A stretch of 64,000 bases of DNA from positions 192,792-256,791 of the forward strand of contig CAVXUZ010000004.1 of the NCBI GenBank assembly GCA_963765125.1, given 5' to 3'. The stretch is from an uncultured candidate division WWE3 bacterium. Lineage in GTDB: Bacteria > Patescibacteriota > WWE3 > UBA101185 > UBA10185. Under the pieces are notes generated by a model. It was not told the origin of the DNA. It saw only the letters and a list, made by a program, of their open reading frames with translations, and did no database searches. Positions 38,342-48,738 of this stretch are shown here, piece by piece (the first letter of the stretch is position 1; each line of letters begins with the position of its first letter). Position numbers and translations under genes: made by a program.

Positions 38342-38391
38342 ATGTAAATTTTATCACTAATAATGTTATGATTTCAGAGGAAAACGCGGTT

Positions 38392-39183
38392 TTATGCTAT
38401 AAGATAGCCAAATTCGTTGTCTATGTCTATGCGTTTAACAACTGCCTTACCGGTGTTTTTAATAAAATCGGTAATAATCTTGTTTTCTCTACTTTCAATA
38501 TTTTGCTTTTTTACCATCGCCTCTTTACTTCCAGACACAAAAATGAATTTAGCAGGAATAGTTGCGATAAAAGTTAAAAGCTCTTTTTCTTGTCGGGCAA
38601 TAACCGGAACTAGTTTGAGCATAAATACAAAATCAAAAGATGGAGAACCGTCTAGGTAGAAAGCCCAGTCTTTTTCACCAATTTTGTGATTATAGAGCTC
38701 GAGAGTAGATAAGCTATTGTCATCCTTAAATTGGCTCAATTTTTCAAATGATGTCTTATCCTTATCAATCCAAATATATCTATAAATCTTTTGTAACATT
38801 TCTATCGGTAACGAAGCAGGGAACATACCGCCTCCAAGATCGAGAACAACATTTGAGTTAAGTAGGGTATCTTCAACTTGAGAAATAAGAGAGTTGATAT
38901 AAGGAGAGCGTTCTAAAGTAGAAATATGAGAGTCTACTAAGCTGTCACTTTTTTTCTGGTATGTTCTTAAACCAAAATAGATTTCTTTCTTAACTTTTTT
39001 AATAAAATCTTTAAACACTCGAGTTCTGTAGATTTTATCTAACGTTGTTTCTGTTGTGAGGGCTGTTTGAAGTTGGTGATTGCTGTGAATGCCGTCTTTT
39101 AAGGCTTTTATCGCGTCATCTTTAGAGATTTTATAATCCTCGCAGATCTTTGTTGCCTGTTCCTCAATAAGTATATCGTGCAT
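38392..39183 (-). CDS. 16S rRNA (guanine1405-N7)-methyltransferase-like protein (FmrO/Arm/Rmt/Kgm family candidate)
   Basis: HISTLER vs ArmA HSSTNER; VLDLGGGMFPASL vs ILDFGCGFNPLAL; FVFMLKLVPVI vs VVFLLKMLPVL; C-terminal NEFGYLIA vs NELVYITS. Comparison is with the ArmA sequence recalled from memory; no search run. Confidence 0.5.
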   Translation of the reverse strand: MHDILIEEQATKICEDYKISKDDAIKALKDGIHSNHQLQTALTTETTLDKIYRTRVFKDFIKKVKKEIYFGLRTYQKKSDSLVDSHISTLERSPYINSLISQVEDTLLNSNVVLDLGGGMFPASLPIEMLQKIYRYIWIDKDKTSFEKLSQFKDDNSLSTLELYNHKIGEKDWAFYLDGSPSFDFVFMLKLVPVIARQEKELLTFIATIPAKFIFVSGSKEAMVKKQNIESRENKIITDFIKNTGKAVVKRIDIDNEFGYLIA

Positions 39184-39225
39184 GTTTATATGATAGCATT
39201 CGAAGCTGCAAACAAATCTATAGGA

Positions 39226-40500
39226 CTACTCAAAATCAATAAACTTTTCACACTCTTTTTTCTGTTCAGAAAAATCATCGTTATATTCTTTTTCAAGTTC
39301 ATCCCAGGCAGAGAGACAGTTTTTATAAGAATTTATACTTCCTTCGAGGTTTAATTCTTGGCTCAGAATATTTATCTTATTACTATTCATTAGGTACTCT
39401 TGTTTTAATTGAATTACTTGCCCGTAAGTAAGTTTAGAATTTGTGTAGCCATCCCAAAGTGTTGTTGATATTTCTAAACTTCTATCAAGTACATCAAGCA
39501 AATTATCTAAATCGTCAGTGTTCAAAACATCAATCTTTTTTGCTTTTTCCCAATTATCTAAAACCGCCGTGTCTTGAATTTTTCTTTGCTCCCAAAATAC
39601 TACTTGTGTGTAATCATAGCCAACAGGCGACTCAGAAGTTATTTCTTCTGGTTTGGTGATATTTTGTGTTTCACTAGGCGTAACCTCTTTTTTAACAGGT
39701 ATCGCTGGCGAACCGTTATCATTTTTAATAATATTTTTTATAACCCCGAGTGCATAATTTGATGTTACCGCGTAGCCAATACCCTCAGTCGGAGGAAGTA
39801 TTTTAGCCGTGTTTATACCTACAACGCCGCATTTACTCACAAGAGGGCCGCCAGAGTTTCCAGGGTTTATTGGTGTGTCTGTTTGAATTGCTGATGTACC
39901 ATTTTCTAAAACCAGATTTCTCGAGTAAACACCTTTTGTAATTGTTGATTCTCCAAATGGAGAGTTAGGCCAACCCACAGCATAAACATTTTCTGCGAGA
40001 TCAAGGTTATTACTATTTGTCCAAGTGCAGCTGGTGAGATCTGCTTCGACGTCTAAAACTGCAATATCGGATTCGATTGAATAACCAATAATTCTTGATT
40101 TATGATTTTCTCCACGATAAAAAACATCAGCGAGTCCGTCGGTTGAATAATTAATAACGTGATAATTTGTAATCAGCCAATCTTTTCCATCAATATTTGT
40201 TACAAAACTACTGCCGTGCTGTTCAGAGTTGCCAATTAAAAATGTGCAATCTTTAGCTGATCTTATGCTTTCTTTTTCTGAACACACATTGTTATCTTCT
40301 GCAACAAAGGCAGATATTTCTTCACGAGCATTATTCTCAGAGAATAATGAAAATAATTTTTGTTTGGTGATTAGGATGGGGTTAAATTTAGTAACAACAA
40401 ATACAATTATGACCAGTAAAGCTACACCAACTCCACTGGCAATTAACAGGGCAGGCTTTAATTTAGTATTAAAGCTTTTCATCTGGCAATATTTTACCAC
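39226..40500 (-). CDS. membrane-anchored trypsin-like (S1) serine protease
   Basis: N-terminal TM. Catalytic triad context TNYHVI (His), DIAVLDV (Asp), GNSGGPL (Ser). No obvious PDZ domain. Confidence 0.75.
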   Translation of the reverse strand: MVKYCQMKSFNTKLKPALLIASGVGVALLVIIVFVVTKFNPILITKQKLFSLFSENNAREEISAFVAEDNNVCSEKESIRSAKDCTFLIGNSEQHGSSFVTNIDGKDWLITNYHVINYSTDGLADVFYRGENHKSRIIGYSIESDIAVLDVEADLTSCTWTNSNNLDLAENVYAVGWPNSPFGESTITKGVYSRNLVLENGTSAIQTDTPINPGNSGGPLVSKCGVVGINTAKILPPTEGIGYAVTSNYALGVIKNIIKNDNGSPAIPVKKEVTPSETQNITKPEEITSESPVGYDYTQVVFWEQRKIQDTAVLDNWEKAKKIDVLNTDDLDNLLDVLDRSLEISTTLWDGYTNSKLTYGQVIQLKQEYLMNSNKINILSQELNLEGSINSYKNCLSAWDELEKEYNDDFSEQKKECEKFIDFE

Positions 40501-40989
40501 TTAAACGATTTGAACTACCTGAGGATGTACAAGAAGGGCATAATCGCTTGATTTTAAAGCAATTGAAACTCTTTTGTCGCCAGCGTTAAATATGATTTTA
40601 TCGTTTTCAAAGATTTTTTTATCTGCGTAGACATTCAGATCAAAAAGATTTCCAAATGGAGGAATGCCTCCGATTTCAATCCCATCGGTTAGCACATTTA
40701 TTTCATCTTGCGTAGCAAATCTAATATCCTTAGCGTTGAGCAAAGATAGTACAGATTTTTCATTAAATTTACTATCACCAGGGACAACAAACATCGTAAA
40801 ATATTTTTTATTACCACTCTCTTTGACACGAACAATGAGTGCTTTTGCTCCTTGGGCTAGAGAATACTCTGGCCTAATTTTTGCAGCCTCTTCGCTAGTT
40901 CTTACCGGTTCGTGCTCAAAGTACTCATGCCATACCCCAGCGCGTTCGATAATATCTTTTATTGTCTTTACAGTTTTATGAAAAGTCAT
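40501..40989 (-). CDS. YbaK/ProX-family aminoacyl-tRNA deacylase
   Basis: 162 aa. GAKALIVRV...FVVPGDSKFNEKSV...GGIPPFGN...IIFNAGDKRVSI matches the YbaK pattern. Confidence 0.65.
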   Translation of the reverse strand: MTFHKTVKTIKDIIERAGVWHEYFEHEPVRTSEEAAKIRPEYSLAQGAKALIVRVKESGNKKYFTMFVVPGDSKFNEKSVLSLLNAKDIRFATQDEINVLTDGIEIGGIPPFGNLFDLNVYADKKIFENDKIIFNAGDKRVSIALKSSDYALLVHPQVVQIV

Positions 40990-41015
40990 TGCTGAATTCT
41001 ATAATAAATTGGAGA

Positions 41016-42137
41016 TCATTTTAACTCATCACTAAATAGAGCTTTTGCTGTATCCCAGTAGAATGGATTATTGTTATAAAACTTTTCCCAATACCACCAT
41101 TCACCACCCCATAAATAATACTCTTTAAATCCCGCTTTTTGAGAATACGCAATAGTGTCTAAAAAGTGATGGCGCGACATAGTTTTATCTTTTTCGTATT
41201 GAGAAAGCTTATTATTAATTGAAGGGCCCCAAGGTTCACCCTGTAACTCTGTCACAATAATTTTTTCGTCAGGTACGAGTGTAAGATCTGCCTTTATCTT
41301 GTATGTCCAGTGAGCGAGCGGGTACTGAAAATATATAAAATTACCTAAAAAGATGTGCCAGAAATCATACCAAATTCTTCTGTACATTGAGATACCAAGG
41401 TAATCGCCCTGTTGGTAGGTTGGGAACCAAAAACCTCCCTCACCGCTATCCTGAACCATAATTGGCCTACTATCCATAGATTTAACAAGTTCAACCTCTT
41501 TTGCGAGAATATCTTTGTTTACTTTGGGATCGCATACACCAAAAGGAAAGAACGGTTCATTTTCAACCTGCCACATTTTGATGTTGTCGTAGCCCTTTAG
41601 GTTATCCACTGCGGTTTTTACATACTCGAGAAGCTCAATATATTTAAATTCTTCATCTTTAATTTCTTTCCACCAAGTAGGTTCAAAACATTCTGGGTAT
41701 CTAGGTACCTTTCTGCCGATAGATAGTATTACAGGAATATTTCTTTTCTTTGCCTCGTCTAGCTGCCATTTAATATCAGTAAAGTTGTATGTGTCTTTTG
41801 TTGCCTCAACATCATCCCAATAAGCAACGAGTCTGAGATTTTTAACGCCAAGGTCATCAAGAATTGCAATATACATATCTTGCCAATTAACCCCGAGTTC
41901 CATTGCGTAACGATTACTAAAAGTAATTCCATATTCTATATTTTCTTGAACTTTTGGACGATAAATAAAAAATAAGATGAGGGGTGCTATTAAAACAAAA
42001 ACTACAAATAATATTAAAACCTTAACAACATGAAGTTTTACAAGTTTACCTACAAGGCCTTGGGCTTTCTTAAACTCCTTAACCTCTTTTGTAATTCCTC
42101 TTTTTCTTTTGAATGGAAATATATTAGGCAGTTTCAT
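41016..42137 (-). CDS. membrane-anchored glycoside hydrolase, GH5-like (clan GH-A)
   Basis: N-terminal TM; WQVENEP (NEP acid/base-type motif); TIM-barrel-like spacing. Confidence 0.5.
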   Translation of the reverse strand: MKLPNIFPFKRKRGITKEVKEFKKAQGLVGKLVKLHVVKVLILFVVFVLIAPLILFFIYRPKVQENIEYGITFSNRYAMELGVNWQDMYIAILDDLGVKNLRLVAYWDDVEATKDTYNFTDIKWQLDEAKKRNIPVILSIGRKVPRYPECFEPTWWKEIKDEEFKYIELLEYVKTAVDNLKGYDNIKMWQVENEPFFPFGVCDPKVNKDILAKEVELVKSMDSRPIMVQDSGEGGFWFPTYQQGDYLGISMYRRIWYDFWHIFLGNFIYFQYPLAHWTYKIKADLTLVPDEKIIVTELQGEPWGPSINNKLSQYEKDKTMSRHHFLDTIAYSQKAGFKEYYLWGGEWWYWEKFYNNNPFYWDTAKALFSDELK

Positions 42138-42138
42138 A

Positions 42139-43359
42139 CTACTTTTCTATCGTACCATTTTTACAAATTTTTGCGTATTCGAAATATGAAGGCCGCGGCG
42201 TTCGTTTAAACCCGTTGTTGTAGTCTACAGCTACAAGACCGAATCGTTTTGAAAAACCCGCGTGGAGTTCAAAATTGTCCAGTAGTGACCAATGAAAATA
42301 GCCTTTTAACAGCGCGCCTGCCTGAATTGCTTCAGAGCAACTCCATAGAATTTCTTTTAAGTACCAAGCTCGATTCGTATCCTTTTCGTCAGCGAGGCCG
42401 TTTTCAGTAATATAGATAGGCAGGTTATATTTTTTTAAGCGTAATAAAATATGTTTAATCCCGGTTGTTTCTAACCACCAGCCATAGTCAGACACTTTAT
42501 CATTCACATTTTGAACTTTAAGATTTCTTATATTGTTGGTGAAGTAGAAGTTAACACCCATAACATCCAAGTGGGATCTAACGCGGTCCAGAAAAAATTC
42601 GCAGTTTAGAAAATTTAAAATACCAGCAGCAATTTTATCTAGCGGATTTTTACTCTGGGGATCAGCACGGTTATGCATAATATTTTTTACAATTCCAACT
42701 TTATAATCACCCACACCCTTGATTGCCTCGTACGCTTTATTATGCGCAGTACGCATCGTCATTTGACACGCCACTACTAAAAAAGGATTAGTTTTTTGTG
42801 GAGGCCACTTTCCGTGAAGATACGTGAGCATAGAATAAACTTGCGGTTCGTTGATTGTTATATATACGTCTATAAGATCACCAAATTCTTCAGCACATTT
42901 TTTTGCATATCTTGCAAATAAGTTTGGTGTTCGAGAGTTTGTCCAACCTCCCATGTCGGCGAGCCACTGAGGACTAGAAAAATGGTGAAGTGTAACAAAG
43001 GTTTTTAATCCTCGAGCCTTAGCTGCCTCAAGAACACTTTTATAGTGTGCAAATTCTTTAGTGTTAAATTTGCCTTTTATAGGCTCCAGCCTTGCCCATT
43101 CAATGCCAATTCTAATCGCGTTGTTATTGAGCCTCTGTGCAAGGTCAAAATCCTGCTCGTACATTTTATATGAGTTTGTAGCCATTCCTGACGCGTCTAC
43201 AGGCCATTCAGATCTGTTTATAAAGGGGGATTTCTTATCCTTTGACCTGTCGCGGGTTTCCCATCTCCACCAATCAGAATTAGTGTTTCCACCTTCGATT
43301 TGGTGCCCAGAGGTTGCTGTTCCCCATAGAAAATCATCTGAAAATTTATAGCTAGCCAT
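42139..43359 (-). CDS. glycoside hydrolase family 1 (beta-glucosidase/beta-galactosidase)
   Basis: FLWGTATSGHQIEG, TLHHFSSPQWL, ITINEP (acid/base) and YITENG (nucleophile). Confidence 0.85.
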   Translation of the reverse strand: MASYKFSDDFLWGTATSGHQIEGGNTNSDWWRWETRDRSKDKKSPFINRSEWPVDASGMATNSYKMYEQDFDLAQRLNNNAIRIGIEWARLEPIKGKFNTKEFAHYKSVLEAAKARGLKTFVTLHHFSSPQWLADMGGWTNSRTPNLFARYAKKCAEEFGDLIDVYITINEPQVYSMLTYLHGKWPPQKTNPFLVVACQMTMRTAHNKAYEAIKGVGDYKVGIVKNIMHNRADPQSKNPLDKIAAGILNFLNCEFFLDRVRSHLDVMGVNFYFTNNIRNLKVQNVNDKVSDYGWWLETTGIKHILLRLKKYNLPIYITENGLADEKDTNRAWYLKEILWSCSEAIQAGALLKGYFHWSLLDNFELHAGFSKRFGLVAVDYNNGFKRTPRPSYFEYAKICKNGTIEK

Positions 43360-43382
43360 AGTTTAAGTATACATACTGAAAG

Positions 43383-43952
43383 CTATTCTGCAGAGGAGGG
43401 AGTATTAATTACTCGAGAATAGTCAATTACACCACATCGAATTTCAAAGCGGGTAGTAAAGGTTTTTACAGTTGCATCTGGATCTTCAATTTCTTGCTTT
43501 CTTAGGACGCACACAGTTTCGTCATTAGAAAATCCCGTATGCTCTTTATTATCTAGAATATAAGTGTTTAAAGAGTTTTCAGAAAATTGTTGTGTCTGAA
43601 GAGCATTTTTTACTGCACCCATTACTTCTTGTGTTGCACCCTCAATAGAAACATTTTTTCCCAAGACCTCGTATGTATTAGTATCTGTTTTCCATAAATA
43701 TGAAGAATCATTTATTTCGATAATAGAAAGTCCTGCAGATTTTCCTAAAGACACTAATAAAGAATCAATATTTGTTTTTTGTTGTGGAATACGTTCGGCA
43801 CGATTTTCTGCGATTCCAGTTTCTTGAAAAGAATTAGTTGCAATAGATGCACCCTTAACATCAGATCTAAAAATTCCTGTTTGACGAGAATACATAAATG
43901 CAACTGTAGTTAGAGTTAGAGCAATCAATAGGGTGATGATTTTTTTATTCAT
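43383..43952 (-). CDS. secreted hypothetical protein
   Basis: 189 aa with N-terminal signal/TM; no motif. Confidence 0.35.
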   Translation of the reverse strand: MNKKIITLLIALTLTTVAFMYSRQTGIFRSDVKGASIATNSFQETGIAENRAERIPQQKTNIDSLLVSLGKSAGLSIIEINDSSYLWKTDTNTYEVLGKNVSIEGATQEVMGAVKNALQTQQFSENSLNTYILDNKEHTGFSNDETVCVLRKQEIEDPDATVKTFTTRFEIRCGVIDYSRVINTPSSAE

Positions 43953-43982
43953 GAAAGTATTACCTAGACAAATTATAACAAT

Positions 43983-45440
43983 TTATAAACCAAGCAGTTT
44001 TGAAACCTCGTTAGTTAGCTCTTGGTAGTTAAAGTACTTATTAAGTTCGGTTTTCCAATTCGGGTCAGTAGTGCTAATTGCCGGTTCTACACCTTTGCCT
44101 TCAATCGTCAACCCATCTTCTCTCAATGTTAGACTATGAACTAAAAGTACTGAGTAAACCTCGCTTTCCGGATCTATTTGATTGTTAATTTTAAATACAC
44201 TCTCGACTGTACCCCAGCCCTTTGTGTTTGTACCGACTAAAATACCCACATTATATTTTTTGAGCACCGCTGCAAAGACCTCGCCAGATGACTGCACTTG
44301 ATTATCTGTTAAAACTACAACCTTTTTATATCTAACTAGGCTAGGAAGCCACCCTGTGACGGTTTTAAAGTCTTGTTTATTGCCGCGGCTATAAAACTGA
44401 TACGCGTACTGATCGTTGCCAATAAAAGGCCCCAAGAAGAAAGGTAGGCCGTCGATTGCCCCACCGATATTACCTCTAAGATCAATAATTAGCGTATCAA
44501 GCTGGTCACCACTATCAACTTTAGCCATAACTCTGGTAAGCTCTTCAACTGTGGTTGGTGAAAACTTAGTTATATGAATGTAAAAAATTCTTGGAGAAAG
44601 AAGCCTGTTATCAATAGTCGGGTCAACACCTAATTCGTCGTAGACTTTTTTGTTTCCTTGGTCGACTAGTACTTCTTTTGCTTTTTCAACTTCCACTTTT
44701 TCTTGAACGACCTCGGGGGTTTGAGATTTTGAATTTAACTCCGCAACTTTCTCTTCATAAGCCTGCTCAACTTTTTCAGGCGCCGCATCTTTTTCTACTT
44801 TTAGTGTTTCGTAGTGGTTAACATTTACATTAATATTTTTTACTGTGTTAGAGAGTTCTTTTTGGGCCTTTGAGGTGTAAAGTCTACTTCTGCCGAAAGG
44901 TTCAAGGTTTGCAAGCATAACATCAGTGGTTTTCACAATAAAATCTTTTTTCTGTGCATCATCCATCGTACTCATAATATTTTGTAGCATTGCTCTGGTT
45001 TGGTTTTGTGTTGTAGGTACAGTTTCAATTGGTTTTGCAATAATTTTCTCCGCACTCAGTTTAATAACGTTACCCAATTGCTCGTCGCTCAAAGTATTCC
45101 AGTATTTTTCTTTGACCAAATTATAAACTTCAAAAAAGAATGCGGTATATTTATCATCTGTTGTTTGCTGTTCAGCCTTTTGTTCATCAAAAAATCCTGA
45201 ATCAGGGAGAACCTGCTGCCAATCTTTTCCAAATGGCGATTTTCTACCGGCAACTGAAACTAGAAGAACTATTGCGATAACACCAATAGTTATCAACGAT
45301 TTTTTCTTAAACTTAAGATTTGAAAGCCATTCACCGAGTTGTTTAAACTTAGCTAGATCTGGTTTGGTGATTTTAATAGATTTAATTTTTTGAATAATTG
45401 CTAGTAGTTTGGCTTTCATACAAATAGTAATATACCACAC
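43983..45440 (-). CDS. S41-family C-terminal processing peptidase
   Basis: N-terminal TM; IIDLRGNIGG and TDNQVQSSGEVFAAVLKK...GTNTKGWGTVE match the S41 Ser/Lys dyad context. Confidence 0.7.
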   Translation of the reverse strand: MWYITICMKAKLLAIIQKIKSIKITKPDLAKFKQLGEWLSNLKFKKKSLITIGVIAIVLLVSVAGRKSPFGKDWQQVLPDSGFFDEQKAEQQTTDDKYTAFFFEVYNLVKEKYWNTLSDEQLGNVIKLSAEKIIAKPIETVPTTQNQTRAMLQNIMSTMDDAQKKDFIVKTTDVMLANLEPFGRSRLYTSKAQKELSNTVKNINVNVNHYETLKVEKDAAPEKVEQAYEEKVAELNSKSQTPEVVQEKVEVEKAKEVLVDQGNKKVYDELGVDPTIDNRLLSPRIFYIHITKFSPTTVEELTRVMAKVDSGDQLDTLIIDLRGNIGGAIDGLPFFLGPFIGNDQYAYQFYSRGNKQDFKTVTGWLPSLVRYKKVVVLTDNQVQSSGEVFAAVLKKYNVGILVGTNTKGWGTVESVFKINNQIDPESEVYSVLLVHSLTLREDGLTIEGKGVEPAISTTDPNWKTELNKYFNYQELTNEVSKLLGL

Positions 45441-45467
45441 GCTTTAAGATGAAAAATAGGGTCGAAA

Positions 45468-45821
45468 TTATGAAAACATCAGTATATTTAAGAAAACGCT
45501 TATATATAAAGTTAACCACCCAGCGGTGTACGCGACTAGGCGAATAGCTGATTTAGCATCTTTATTATCCCAAAAAACAATTGTTGCTCTGCCAAAGGCG
45601 AGAAGGCCGCAGATAAGCACAGAGACAACCAGCAAAGTTAAAACAAGCGCCGGCCCGATCATAGTTGTTGCTTTTCCAAATATACTTTCACCGTTCCACA
45701 GAAGTAAGCTAATTACCAAACAATAAACTGCAATCGCAGTGGCTTGAACAAAGCCCTGCATTGATAGAGATAACTTTGCAAATAGACAGCTTTTATTTTT
45801 TATTGAGTGAAGAAATTTCAT
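45468..45821 (-). CDS. membrane protein (4 TM), hypothetical
   Basis: 117 aa, hydrophobic. Confidence 0.3.
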   Translation of the reverse strand: MKFLHSIKNKSCLFAKLSLSMQGFVQATAIAVYCLVISLLLWNGESIFGKATTMIGPALVLTLLVVSVLICGLLAFGRATIVFWDNKDAKSAIRLVAYTAGWLTLYISVFLNILMFS

Positions 45822-45841
45822 AAGTTAATTATACAGCTTGT

Positions 45842-46285
45842 CTAAGGGTTTAAATTGACGATATCACCAACGTTAAGGTTGTATTTCCTTGCCCAACCTC
45901 CATTTAGCTCAATAACATATTTTGCAGTATTGACATCTGGTAAATACGATGGACACGGGCTTTGAAGACATGGCGCCGCCGAGTGCTCTATATAAACCAC
46001 CCTCTTGTCGCTATTGAGCCATATCATATCTAAAGGTATGAAGGTTTGTTTCATCCAAAAACTGTGTCTGCCGGGCGCATCATATAAAAAAAGCATTCCT
46101 TCGTTTTCAGGCATAAATTTTACATTCATCAAGCCGTTTGATTTTTCAAGCGAAGTTTTTGCAATTTTTACAAAGACGCTATTTTCATTGATTTTTATTT
46201 CATGTCTTTCTTTATAATGACCCCAAATTGTAAGTACAAGTATCGTTGCAGGAATTAATAATAGGTAGTAGCTTCTCAATTTCAT
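45842..46285 (-). CDS. DUF192-family protein
   Basis: SVFVKIAKTSLEKSNGLM...EGMLFLYD...SFWMKQTFIPLDMIWL...RVVYIEHSAAPC...YVIELNGGW matches the DUF192/COG1430 pattern. Confidence 0.6.
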   Translation of the reverse strand: MKLRSYYLLLIPATILVLTIWGHYKERHEIKINENSVFVKIAKTSLEKSNGLMNVKFMPENEGMLFLYDAPGRHSFWMKQTFIPLDMIWLNSDKRVVYIEHSAAPCLQSPCPSYLPDVNTAKYVIELNGGWARKYNLNVGDIVNLNP

Positions 46286-46361
46286 CCCTCTAATTTTAAC
46301 AAACTATTTATGTATAATTATTAAGTACAAAATTTTTATAAAAGGAGGTGCTCAAAGAAAA

Positions 46362-46655
46362 ATGAAGAAATACGTAATATTCATAGGAAGTATGGTGCTG
46401 GTAGTCGCCGCGCTTTATTTCACTGTTAACAGTGTGGTTGCAGGAAAGCTTACAACAAAAGCTAGTCCAAAGTTTGTAACTTATGAAACGCTTGAGAAAA
46501 AGCTAGCAGATAAAGTAGCTGCGCTAGTTGCTGTGTCTTTAGAGGAGTTTAAAAGCGATATAGAAGAGACAAACAACAGAATGACGAGTATGCAGCAGAC
46601 CATGGACGATATCAATAGAAGATTAGATCTTATTGAAGCCCAGATTGAAAACTAA
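46362..46655 (+). CDS. membrane-anchored coiled-coil protein, hypothetical
   Basis: 97 aa; AGGAGG RBS. Confidence 0.35.
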   Translation: MKKYVIFIGSMVLVVAALYFTVNSVVAGKLTTKASPKFVTYETLEKKLADKVAALVAVSLEEFKSDIEETNNRMTSMQQTMDDINRRLDLIEAQIEN

Positions 46656-46706
46656 ACAACTGCCGTAATAAATTTAATTGAACACTGGGGAGAAAGGTGT
46701 AATAAT

Positions 46707-47411
46707 TTGAGTATGAAAAATCCAAAAAATATTATTATAGTTATCGTTGCATTGTTGTTAGTTTCGTTTGTCGCATGGCGGTTTGTACTGCCTAAGGTTG
46801 CACCGGATGCGATGCAGAAAGGCGCCGATACCGCAACAGACGGCACCATGGTTGATAAAGCAGACGCAGGCGACACAGTAAAAGGTACACTTTTTGACAT
46901 TCTAAACCTAGGAAAATCAACAAAGTGTGTTGGTTCAGTTGATATGGGTGACGGCAAAGTTTCAACCACAGTCTACGCCTCAGGCAAAAAATCATATTCA
47001 GAAAACATAGTTGAGACAGAAGACGGTGAGTTTAAGACCTACGCAGTATTTGATGGGGAATGGATGTACTCGTGGGGTGATATGGGTATAGCCTCAAAAA
47101 TGAAAATTGATGAGCTCGCCGATCTAAACAAACCCGCAGAAGAAATTGAAGAAGACGCCGATATGGCCGAAGATCTAGCTATGCCAGAAGATTATGAATA
47201 CAAATGTACTCCATGGCTTGCCGACCCAAGCAAATTCAATCCTCCAGCAGATATAGAGTTTGTGGATTGGACAGAAACCTTAAAAGGATTTTCAGAGGCA
47301 GCAGAGAAGGGCGATATGGACAGCCTTAAAGAGTCAGGTTGCGCAGCATGTAATATGCTTCAAGACGACGCCGCAAAAGCAGATTGTATGGCTAACTTTA
47401 ACTGCGAGTAA
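46707..47411 (+). CDS. secreted acidic Cys-containing protein, hypothetical
   Basis: 234 aa; signal anchor. Confidence 0.4.
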   Translation: MSMKNPKNIIIVIVALLLVSFVAWRFVLPKVAPDAMQKGADTATDGTMVDKADAGDTVKGTLFDILNLGKSTKCVGSVDMGDGKVSTTVYASGKKSYSENIVETEDGEFKTYAVFDGEWMYSWGDMGIASKMKIDELADLNKPAEEIEEDADMAEDLAMPEDYEYKCTPWLADPSKFNPPADIEFVDWTETLKGFSEAAEKGDMDSLKESGCAACNMLQDDAAKADCMANFNCE

Positions 47412-47457
47412 GTCCTAGATTAGCCTAGTCGATTTAGTTAAACGACTGTAAAATCAG

Positions 47458-48738
47458 ATGGAGATGTTGTTAAAGAAACTTTCAGCAGTTGTTTATAAGC
47501 TAAAGACAGACGATTCCTTTGCAAATACAGTGATGGTTACAGTTGCGCTTGTTGTAGCTGGTTTTTTTGGGTATGTATTGCAAATATACCTCGGCCGCAA
47601 GCTTTCTTTAGCCGAGTATGGTATTTTTAATGCGCTGCTGTCACTTTTAACCCTCCTTACCTTTTTTAATACGGGCATCGCTCTTTCAGCTACAAAAGTT
47701 GTATCAGAGCTATTTGGCGAGAAAAAACTAGGTGTTTTGGGAGATTTGTTTTGGAGATTGGCAACATTTTTTGGTATAACGGGGGGCATTCTTTTAATAG
47801 TACTTAATATTTTTAAAACGCAGTTTATGCATTTTTTAAATATTGCAGAACCATCGTACATTTTTTTCTTTAGTACATACTTAGTAGTAAGGTATTTATC
47901 TGTTCCTACAGGGATTTATTTGCAAGGCCTACTCAAGTTTAAAGAACTTTCTTACTACACAACATTCTCATCATTAATAAGAACAATAGTATTGGGGACG
48001 CTTGCCTATTTTGGTTATAAGGTTGGAGCACTATATCTGGGAATGAGCGTCGCAGAAATTATCTCTCTACTCATAACTTCAATATTTATAAAAGAAATCT
48101 TTACCAAGAAATCTGTTGAGGAGACAAAGCCGCAGTTAAAAAGAATTATGGAATTAAGCTGGCCGGTAACCTCGATTTATTTTAGTCTTTTGTTTTTTTA
48201 CAACATAGACATTTTAATGGTGCAGAGATTTTTTGACGCTGATAGCTCAGGTTTATATGTAGGAGCAGCAACGATGGGAAAAATAATATTATTTGGCACA
48301 GGGGCAATCGCAACCGTTATGTTTCCACAGATTTCTGCCATGAAGGCAAAACGAAAGGCAATCGCTGAAAAGCTTAAAATATTCACCTTATTACAGGTAG
48401 GTACAATAGTTGTAGCTTTAGCCTTTTTCTGCTTTTTTCCTAAATTTATCACTTTTCAGCTTTTTGGCGCGAGATACTCTGGATCGATTCAAATGCTGCC
48501 ACTTTACGCAGTTTTTATCTCTCTCAATGTGTTAATTAATTTTATTGTGAGATTTTTAATGGCGGTTGATAAGCTAAGTTACTCATACCTCTTGTTAGGC
48601 GCATCTCTAGTTCAAGTAGTACTATTGTTTTTCTTTCACACGAGCTTGCAGCAAATTCTTTTAATTAATACTGCAATTATGTTTGTTCTACTAATATACT
48701 TGGGATTTTTAATAAGACCTTATTTTAGACCAACCTGA
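47458..48738 (+). CDS. MOP-superfamily polysaccharide/oligosaccharide flippase (Wzx-like)
   Basis: 426 aa with about 12-14 TM helices; lies next to GT4. Confidence 0.5.
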   Translation: MEMLLKKLSAVVYKLKTDDSFANTVMVTVALVVAGFFGYVLQIYLGRKLSLAEYGIFNALLSLLTLLTFFNTGIALSATKVVSELFGEKKLGVLGDLFWRLATFFGITGGILLIVLNIFKTQFMHFLNIAEPSYIFFFSTYLVVRYLSVPTGIYLQGLLKFKELSYYTTFSSLIRTIVLGTLAYFGYKVGALYLGMSVAEIISLLITSIFIKEIFTKKSVEETKPQLKRIMELSWPVTSIYFSLLFFYNIDILMVQRFFDADSSGLYVGAATMGKIILFGTGAIATVMFPQISAMKAKRKAIAEKLKIFTLLQVGTIVVALAFFCFFPKFITFQLFGARYSGSIQMLPLYAVFISLNVLINFIVRFLMAVDKLSYSYLLLGASLVQVVLLFFFHTSLQQILLINTAIMFVLLIYLGFLIRPYFRPT

